IMG/VR virus record: IMGVR_UViG_3300020541_000008
Span: 1 to 30,684 of that record
Length of the DNA stretch: 30,684 nucleotides
Source: a virus
Taxonomy: Duplodnaviria; Caudoviricetes
Reading direction: 5' to 3' (one strand)
The position numbers and the translations under genes are program-made. Positions 24,358 to 30,684 of the stretch are shown in pieces (within the stretch, counting starts at the first letter, position 1; every line of letters starts with the position of its first letter). Below the pieces are notes generated by a model. That model saw only the letters and a list, made by a program, of their open reading frames with translations. It made no database searches and was not told the DNA's origin.

Positions 24358-25263
24358 TTAAAGTTCGCCGATTTCCTTCAGCTTAGATTCCGACCAACGA
24401 AGGCCAGCTTTGCCACCCCATAACAAGAACGAAATCGTTCCACAAGCGCTTTCGTCGCTTTCATTGTAGTAAGCTTCGGCGCGTGAAAGATAGGAATACA
24501 TTCGTTTTATGATTGCCACCGAAACGGTGTCGCGATTTGACAAGGTGGTTGCGCGTAAACGGCCAACCCTTGTGGCGCACTTGTTCCCGTATTTTTCATT
24601 CAGTTCGATTCCGCGTTTTGCGTTGTTCGATACCGCTTCAGGATAGTCGTTGAACATTCGAATTCGTTCGATGTTGCGTCGCCACAATTGAACCTCTTTT
24701 AATATTGCTTCGAATTCGGATTCTTTCGTTTGGTCGGTTTCAAGCAAAGTGAAAACGCCTTCAATACTGAATCCATTGAATTCGCCGTTCTTTGCTTTTT
24801 CGAATAACGCCTTGTCCGTCACTTTGTACGAAACCAACCACGAACCGTCGTTCGCGTCCTTGAATCTTTCGGGTGCTGTGAATCCACGTTCATTGTCGAT
24901 TTGATACGACATAATCATGAACACGCCATCAACGACCTTGTGCGGATTGTGGTCAAGGTTGACATTGTTGAAATTGTTCCGACGTGCGTAATCAAGAATA
25001 ATATCGCGAATGGCGTCCTTTTTGAAAACGACGTAGTATTCTTCTTTCGAATTGTCGTCGTAGCGGTAAATCGGTGTATCGGCTGAAATCGCAATTCCCG
25101 TGATGACTTGTTGTTCTTCGTTGAATTCGTACTTCACGCGCTTGTTGAATGTTTCTAATTTCTTTTCGTGCGCTGGAAATTCAACCAATGAATTGAACGA
25201 AACCGTTGTTTCTGGATCGTTCAGGTCAATCATGATTTCGTAAATTGGAAGGTCTTTTTTCAT
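24358..25263 (-). CDS. Prohead serine protease (XkdF-like) with extra C-terminal domain
   Basis: NLDH, GSWLVSYKV, GEFNGFSIEG; C-terminal DYPEAV...LLWGGKAG domain. Confidence 0.85.
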   Translation of the reverse strand: MKKDLPIYEIMIDLNDPETTVSFNSLVEFPAHEKKLETFNKRVKYEFNEEQQVITGIAISADTPIYRYDDNSKEEYYVVFKKDAIRDIILDYARRNNFNNVNLDHNPHKVVDGVFMIMSYQIDNERGFTAPERFKDANDGSWLVSYKVTDKALFEKAKNGEFNGFSIEGVFTLLETDQTKESEFEAILKEVQLWRRNIERIRMFNDYPEAVSNNAKRGIELNEKYGNKCATRVGRLRATTLSNRDTVSVAIIKRMYSYLSRAEAYYNESDESACGTISFLLWGGKAGLRWSESKLKEIGEL

Positions 25264-25270
25264 GTTAATA

Positions 25271-25289
25271 TATTAAGTAAATTTGTTCG
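25271..25289. promoter_or_regulatory. Overlapping divergent promoters: late motif (minus) and TAAATTTG -7 element (plus, 25278-25285)
   Basis: The 26-nt gap between divergent ATGs contains both motifs. Confidence 0.65.
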
Positions 25290-25952
25290 ATGACATTTGT
25301 ATTCCCTTACCGACGCGGTCGTGACGACTTCGACATTCAACAATCAATCCGATTCATTCGAATGTCATTCCCCGACGCGCACATTGTAACCGTTGGCGAC
25401 AAGGTCGCAACCATTGACAACATTCCTTGTCCCCAGTTGAACAACATTCGAGGCGCGGACGTGACGAACAAGGTCTTGACATACGCGCGTCAACGTGGCG
25501 GTGAATTCATTTACATGAACGACGATTTCTTCGTGACGCCAAAACTTCGCGCCGACATTCCTATTCATTCGGGAACGCTTGAAATCATTCCACAACACCC
25601 GTCGCATTACCGTGAAGCAATGTTCAACACGATTGAATTCTTGAAGTATTATGACCGACCTTTGTGGAATTTCGAAACACATTCGCCAGTGTTAATGGAT
25701 TCCGACAAGTTGCTTGAAATTTTTGAACTGATTGAATGGCAACGATACAACCATTTCATCAAATCAATTTACCTGAACATGAACTTGCCTGAATTCATTC
25801 GCAAAGGTCACAACGTAAAGCTTCACAAGGACAACATTCCGAAGGCCGAAGAATTGCTTCGAACGTATGGTTGCCTTTCAATCAACGAAACATTCTTAAC
25901 GACGCGCGGTCGGTCATGGCTTAAAAACTTGTTTTGGCTTCCTGAAGCTTGA
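25290..25952 (+). CDS. Stealth-family-like sugar-phosphotransferase / GT-A fold protein
   Basis: FVFPY, IQQSIRFI (LRYSLRS-like), EFIYMNDDFF (CR2-like), ETHSP (CR3-like), LSINE (CR4-like); only credible plus-strand gene. Confidence 0.7.
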   Translation: MTFVFPYRRGRDDFDIQQSIRFIRMSFPDAHIVTVGDKVATIDNIPCPQLNNIRGADVTNKVLTYARQRGGEFIYMNDDFFVTPKLRADIPIHSGTLEIIPQHPSHYREAMFNTIEFLKYYDRPLWNFETHSPVLMDSDKLLEIFELIEWQRYNHFIKSIYLNMNLPEFIRKGHNVKLHKDNIPKAEELLRTYGCLSINETFLTTRGRSWLKNLFWLPEA

Positions 25953-28524
25953 CCTTGTTTTGCGTTGCTGAAATGTCCGATTCCAAAACATAAACTTGAG
26001 TTGACGTCGTGGTCGGTGTTGGTGTTCCTTGTTCCGTCAATCCCGCCGTCGATGTCGTTGGCGTTGGTGACGAACTGAACGACGAAGCGCTTGCGCCCGT
26101 CATTGCACCCCCACCGGTTGAAATATTTGGCGCGCTTGGCGCTGATCCCGACTTGTATTGTTGATTGGCAACCGCCAGCGCTTGCGTTATTCCAATGATT
26201 GAAGCGGACGCGATTCCAGCAATTCCCATCGGTGACGGTGGCGGGCCATATTGTGCGATCGCCTTAACGATTGCGGACGCCGTGTCGATTGCGATTTGCG
26301 AAAGCTTGATTGCCTTGTCGCGAATGAATTGTTGTTTGCGAATTTTTTCTTCAGCGTTGAACGCCTGAAGTTGAACTTGATATTTTTGTTGCGCGAATTT
26401 TTCTTCGATTTGTTTTTTCTGTTCAGCGGTCACACCTTCGGCGTTCAATTCCGCTTGCATTTTAGCGTCCAGATTCGCAAGGTCTTCGTCGCGATTCTTG
26501 TTTAAACTATTCAAACGCGCTTGATCGATTTCATTGATTAAATTATTGACCGTCTTGACATGATCCAAAACCATTTGAGAGTTCGCAAGAAAATCGGTGA
26601 CGCCTTTCAATGATTCTTCGCGATCCTTTTTTTGTTGCTCTTTTGATTTTTCAGATGCTTGTTTATTTATTTCAAGAATCTTGTCGGCCTTCTTTTGTTC
26701 CAGCGCAATCATTGCGTTGTTGAATTCTTCTTGTGTGATTCGTTCGTCTTCGTTTGTTGAATTCAATCGACGCAACAATTCTTTTTTCGATTCGTCAAAT
26801 TTTTCTGAAACATCTTTCAACGCTTTTTCTTGGTCGTTCAAGTTTATTTCGTCCAAGAATTTTTGACGTTCGCGACGTTTAGTTTCACGGTCGGCTTGCG
26901 CTTTCAATTCGGCGTCCGCGTATTTTTTTCGAACTTCAGCTTTTTTCAATTCTTCTTCAGCCGTTAATTTGGCCAGCAATTCAGCGCCTTCAGCGCCAAG
27001 CTTTTCGGCTTGTGTTTTTTTCGCGAAGTATTCGTCCTGAATGTCGGACAATTCCAAATCACGCGCGGACATTTTAGAACGCCGAATCATTTCGTCAATC
27101 GCTTCTTCTTCTTTTAGTAAGTCCTCGTTATGTTTTTTGAGTTGTTCAAGATATTTGTCGTGCGCTTTTTTCGTTTCTTCAGCTTCTTTTTTTTGTGCTT
27201 CTTTTCTTTTTTTGTAAGCTTCATTTGCTTTCTTCGCGTTTTCTTTCGCTTGATCTTCAGATTTTTTAGCGTTGTTTACTTCATTTATAAGCAATTGGTT
27301 TTGTGCGTCTTTGATTCCTTCGGTTAATTCAACGCGTTGTTTTTTTATGTCTTCATATCTTTTAACTGATTCGCTATCAGTACCTGCCAATTTTTTTAAA
27401 GTGTTTACGGTTTGCTCCGATGCTTGTATTTCGAGTTCAATTTCTTTAAGTTTTTCCTTTTGATATTTAATCGATTCTTCAATTTTTAACTTTGTCAATG
27501 CTTTGGTGTCTTTACCTTGTGCGTCCATTAAAGCAATTTCTCGGTCGTATTGTTTTTGGCTGGCATTGAATTGAGCTTCGCGCGCTTGTGCTAATTCTTC
27601 GCGTGCTTGTTTTTCAGCTTCAAGGCGCGCCATTTCATTGTTGTGCGCTTCTTCTCCAGCGAAATCGCTTAATCCTAAAAAATCACCAATCGCTTTAAAT
27701 CCGTCGATGACTGGTTGAATCGCTTTAACAACGAAACCAAAATTCGCAATCAATACGCCAAGCGCAACAACAAGCAAACCGATTCCAGTTGATGCCAACG
27801 CAAGACGAAACAATTTCATTCCACCCGTCAACGTTGCCGTTGCCGTTGCCGATGCGGTCGTCGCGGTTGTTTGCGCAACCGTGGCCGTTGTGTTCGCGGT
27901 CGTTGCTGAAGTCCCTTGAACGAATGCCGAATTTTTTAGTTTTTCCCAGTACGTCCGAAGCTGGATTCCCAAGATTGAATCCGAATTCAACTTGTTTGCA
28001 ATGGTCGAAATCGAATTCGTCAATCCTTGAACCGCCTGAAGTTTTTGCATTGACTTCATTAAGTTTTCATTCTCGACACCAGTTAACGCCATAGCCGACG
28101 TAACGCCCGCGAATGCTTGCGCGCCTACTTCGACACCCGCCAAAGTTGTGTCAAGTCCAACGAAGTCACTTGACAACGCCGTCGTTTGCGCTTTCAAGTC
28201 ACCGATTTCATCTTTCAACGCCGACGCATTTTGTAGCGCTTGCATTCCGACCGGGGATTCGACGCCAGCTTGCAAAGCTATCGTCTGGTATTCCTTCATG
28301 GTCTTGGTCATTTCGCGCATGGATAACCCACCAGCTTCAAGCCGTGCGTCAAGTTCCGCAAGCTTTTGCGCCATTGCGTCCGTTCCGCTTGAATTCTTTG
28401 CAACGTCTTGCGTTTTTTGCAAATCTTGACCAAGTTGTTGAACGGCCTTGTCCGCGTTTTGTAAATCCTGAACGGAATTTCCCGTGTTTACCGTGACCGT
28501 AAAAACGGCTTCTTTGTTAGCCAT
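25921..28524 (-). CDS. Tape measure protein
   Basis: 867 aa, Ala-rich helical/coiled-coil, ALASTGIGLLVVALG hydrophobic motif. Confidence 0.85.
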   Translation of the reverse strand: MANKEAVFTVTVNTGNSVQDLQNADKAVQQLGQDLQKTQDVAKNSSGTDAMAQKLAELDARLEAGGLSMREMTKTMKEYQTIALQAGVESPVGMQALQNASALKDEIGDLKAQTTALSSDFVGLDTTLAGVEVGAQAFAGVTSAMALTGVENENLMKSMQKLQAVQGLTNSISTIANKLNSDSILGIQLRTYWEKLKNSAFVQGTSATTANTTATVAQTTATTASATATATLTGGMKLFRLALASTGIGLLVVALGVLIANFGFVVKAIQPVIDGFKAIGDFLGLSDFAGEEAHNNEMARLEAEKQAREELAQAREAQFNASQKQYDREIALMDAQGKDTKALTKLKIEESIKYQKEKLKEIELEIQASEQTVNTLKKLAGTDSESVKRYEDIKKQRVELTEGIKDAQNQLLINEVNNAKKSEDQAKENAKKANEAYKKRKEAQKKEAEETKKAHDKYLEQLKKHNEDLLKEEEAIDEMIRRSKMSARDLELSDIQDEYFAKKTQAEKLGAEGAELLAKLTAEEELKKAEVRKKYADAELKAQADRETKRRERQKFLDEINLNDQEKALKDVSEKFDESKKELLRRLNSTNEDERITQEEFNNAMIALEQKKADKILEINKQASEKSKEQQKKDREESLKGVTDFLANSQMVLDHVKTVNNLINEIDQARLNSLNKNRDEDLANLDAKMQAELNAEGVTAEQKKQIEEKFAQQKYQVQLQAFNAEEKIRKQQFIRDKAIKLSQIAIDTASAIVKAIAQYGPPPSPMGIAGIASASIIGITQALAVANQQYKSGSAPSAPNISTGGGAMTGASASSFSSSPTPTTSTAGLTEQGTPTPTTTSTQVYVLESDISATQNKVKLQEAKTSF

Positions 28525-28717
28525 AAAGCGTCGTTAAAAAATCGTTTATATTATTGAATGATTCGTCGTCAATGGTCATTGTCGTGTCGCAAAGAATGAC
28601 ACCGCGATTCGTCGGAACGTGCGCTTGTGTTGTGTCAAGAACTTCGGCGTCGCCGTCGAAATGGAATTCGAATTCATGCATGATGAACCCGCCTTCAATG
28701 GTTGTTAAGTTAGTCAT
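28517..28717 (-). CDS. Small hypothetical tail-associated protein
   Basis: Coupled between the fibre and tape measure genes. Confidence 0.6.
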   Translation of the reverse strand: MTNLTTIEGGFIMHEFEFHFDGDAEVLDTTQAHVPTNRGVILCDTTMTIDDESFNNINDFLTTLYG

Positions 28718-29399
28718 AAATTTGAACAATTACGCGTTTGAAATTTCCGTTATCCGGTGTTGTCGTTCCGTTGCTGATTGCAAAAATCAAATAATTGTCA
28801 ACCAATGGATTGAAAGCGGTCAAAGTTATTCCACTTAAAGTGTAATCATTTGCCGAACTTGTTCCCGCTAAAAATGAATTCAAGTTCGTTCCGTCAAAGA
28901 AAATGTTTCTTTCGAATCGTTGAAAATAAACACTTGTTGACATTCCACCACCCGCACCAAGTAAGGTTGCGCCCGTTAAAGTGTTAGCCGTGTTCACATA
29001 ATAACGTGGCGTTGTAACCCCCGAACCCGCCGTTTTGTTGATGAATGCTTTTATGTAGATAGTATTATTTGCCACCAACGTTCCCGCTGGAATCAAAACG
29101 GAGGCGCTTATTTGAATGCTTGTTCCAGTGACCGCATTTCCGTTCACGCTTGCCAACGTTCTCGGATTGGTTTGAATGGCTATGTTCCCGCTTCCAAGCA
29201 ACGACGTTGAATTCACCGTCTTGATATTCATTCCTGAAACAAGCGTCGGTTGAACGCCCTCTTGTGCGCTTGCAATTATTTGCGCGCCCGTGATTGACTT
29301 CGATTCGTAAGCGTCGCTCGTTTCTTGACTTATCATTAACAAGTCGGTGTCCGCAAGGTTTGCGCCCTTCGGCGGTAATTGTGATATTCTTGTTCCCAT
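28710..29399 (-). CDS. Tail fibre / receptor-binding-type protein
   Basis: RISQLP...TDLLMISQ N-terminal anchor, QPTLVSGMNIKTVNSTSLLGSGNI fibre motif, G/T/N-rich beta head. Confidence 0.65.
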   Translation of the reverse strand: MGTRISQLPPKGANLADTDLLMISQETSDAYESKSITGAQIIASAQEGVQPTLVSGMNIKTVNSTSLLGSGNIAIQTNPRTLASVNGNAVTGTSIQISASVLIPAGTLVANNTIYIKAFINKTAGSGVTTPRYYVNTANTLTGATLLGAGGGMSTSVYFQRFERNIFFDGTNLNSFLAGTSSANDYTLSGITLTAFNPLVDNYLIFAISNGTTTPDNGNFKRVIVQIYD

Positions 29400-29400
29400 A

Positions 29401-30684
29401 TTATTCCGTGATTATTATGTCTTCAATGTATTCCGTTATTATGTCGATGTTTGTTTCTTCGGTTTCAAGCGGTTCGTCTTGTTCGATTCCAGTTCCTTCG
29501 CCTTGAATCAAACGAAGCAATTCGATTTGTGTTGTTCGTTCTTTGGTTGAATCGTAGTCGCTTATTTTTTGCAGTCGATACACGACGCCGTTAATGTTTA
29601 TTAAGTTGCGGAAATCAAGCGTGTTAATTATTTTCGTGTCAATCTTAGCGTAACACGTTAGTAATTTTCCGTACCTCGAAACAAGTTCTTGAATAAAGGT
29701 GTCGTGATATTGCAACAAGTTGTCATTCGTGTACGTCGTCGCGGGATAGTAAACAACATCTGGAACACCGAAATTCAAATCGAACGTCGGCGTGTCGATG
29801 TCGTCAAGGTGTCCGACATACGGATATTGTGTCAAATTTTGTTGAGCGTTGAATTCGTCGTGATATTTCCACGTCGCGTTTCTCATTGCGCCCACCTGAA
29901 CAATGAACGCCGTTCCTTTCTTCGGAACTTTTTGCCCCGTGGCCGATGAATCGAAGTTGACTTGAAACGCGCATGGAACAATCAACGACGGGTGTATTTC
30001 GACCAATGGTTTTTGGCTAAATGGAAGCGCCATGTTCGTCACTTCGGTCGCGTATTGCGACTGGCTTAAAATGGCGAATTCGCCATAATTGTCCAGTTGC
30101 GTGTTGGTGTACTGATTATTATAATAGTCGTCGTCTTGTTTGAATTGAAAATTGTATTCCTTCGACGCGTAATTAATCGTTGGTTGAACGTTCAGCGGTT
30201 GCGAATAGTCAATGAGTTGCGTCCAATCAAGCGCGTCTTGTGAACTGTTGTAAAATTGCGACAACGGTTCGATTTCCAAAACGGTCGCGTCAAACGTGGA
30301 CGGCTTAATCATGAAATTAAACATGGTTGTCAATCCCTTAAAAAACACGTCGCCAGTCATGTCGGGCAAGAATGAATTCACGGCCACCGTGCCACCGGGT
30401 GCAAGCGCTTGTTGTGACTTGATGAAATTGATATTCGTGGAAATCGAAGTCAATTCAATAGTTCGTGTTAAGTTAGGCGCGCCGTAACTTTGCGCGCCTT
30501 CGACCACAAGCGTGATTCCGAATTTGATTTGATCGTTGATTGCCATGTTCACCGATCGCGTGTAATTGAATGTGAACGTATTGGAATAATTACCGATTAA
30601 AGCGTCAACGTTATCCGAATAAATAATGTCTTGAGCAATCAAGTTGCCGTTCTTGATAACATTCAATAACAATCGAGTTTTGAA
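29401..30684 (-). CDS. C-terminal part of the tail tip/baseplate-type protein starting at 1143
   Basis: Frame continuous across the junction; LPDMT...FFKGLTTMFN, LDWT, LININGVVYRLQKISDY motifs. Confidence 0.85.
   Translation of the reverse strand, partial: FKTRLLLNVIKNGNLIAQDIIYSDNVDALIGNYSNTFTFNYTRSVNMAINDQIKFGITLVVEGAQSYGAPNLTRTIELTSISTNINFIKSQQALAPGGTVAVNSFLPDMTGDVFFKGLTTMFNFMIKPSTFDATVLEIEPLSQFYNSSQDALDWTQLIDYSQPLNVQPTINYASKEYNFQFKQDDDYYNNQYTNTQLDNYGEFAILSQSQYATEVTNMALPFSQKPLVEIHPSLIVPCAFQVNFDSSATGQKVPKKGTAFIVQVGAMRNATWKYHDEFNAQQNLTQYPYVGHLDDIDTPTFDLNFGVPDVVYYPATTYTNDNLLQYHDTFIQELVSRYGKLLTCYAKIDTKIINTLDFRNLININGVVYRLQKISDYDSTKERTTQIELLRLIQGEGTGIEQDEPLETEETNIDIITEYIEDIIITE
30565..30684. 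repeat. Terminal direct repeat copy 2
   Basis: 119/120 identical to bases 1-120. Confidence 0.97.

Noticed and set aside
29401-29445. Short imperfect tandem repeat (DIITE/DIIITE) as a diversity-generating retroelement target
   Set aside because: No reverse transcriptase or template repeat in the genome; simple local duplication
667-30487. Numerous plus-strand ORFs in the track other than 25290-25952
   Set aside because: They are antisense shadows of well-supported minus-strand genes and lack recognisable motifs
1-30684. Integrase, partition system, tRNA genes or stop-codon reassignment
   Set aside because: None recognisable; standard-code ORFs tile the genome densely

Overview
The window is an apparently complete, circularly permuted genome (about 30,564 bp unit plus a 120-bp end overlap) of a small tailed dsDNA phage. 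It is siphovirus-like: a tape measure and tail tube are present and no sheath was recognised. A Bacteroidota host (probably Flavobacteriia-like) is inferred from a DUF3127-type SSB, a BT4734/VirE-N primase-helicase, TAnnTTTG promoters and A-rich translation starts. All credible genes but one are on the minus strand. Modules: early/replication (DNA methyltransferase, DnaA-C-like HTH, iteron-rich origin, primase-helicase, nucleases, ERF recombinase, SSB, HTH, sigma-like factor); glyco-modification (hexapeptide acyltransferase, GT-A glycosyltransferase, and a lone plus-strand Stealth-like gene); packaging (TerS/TerL); a rearranged head/tail module; and lysis (holin, amidase, u-spanin-like lipoprotein). 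No integrase, tRNA, CRISPR array or reverse transcriptase was seen. Main signals not explained by the ORF track: (1) a 19-bp palindrome resembling the flavobacterial Fur box before the early operon; (2) a uORF/terminator/pseudoknot leader before the primase-helicase; (3) a four-copy putative late promoter CGAACAA-N3-TACTTA(A/T)TA, one copy with an oppositely oriented host-type promoter nested in it; (4) a -1 frameshift site opening a hidden 90-codon frame; (5) three sugar/acyl/phospho-transferases in a 30-kb genome. All product calls come from motif recognition, not database searches.
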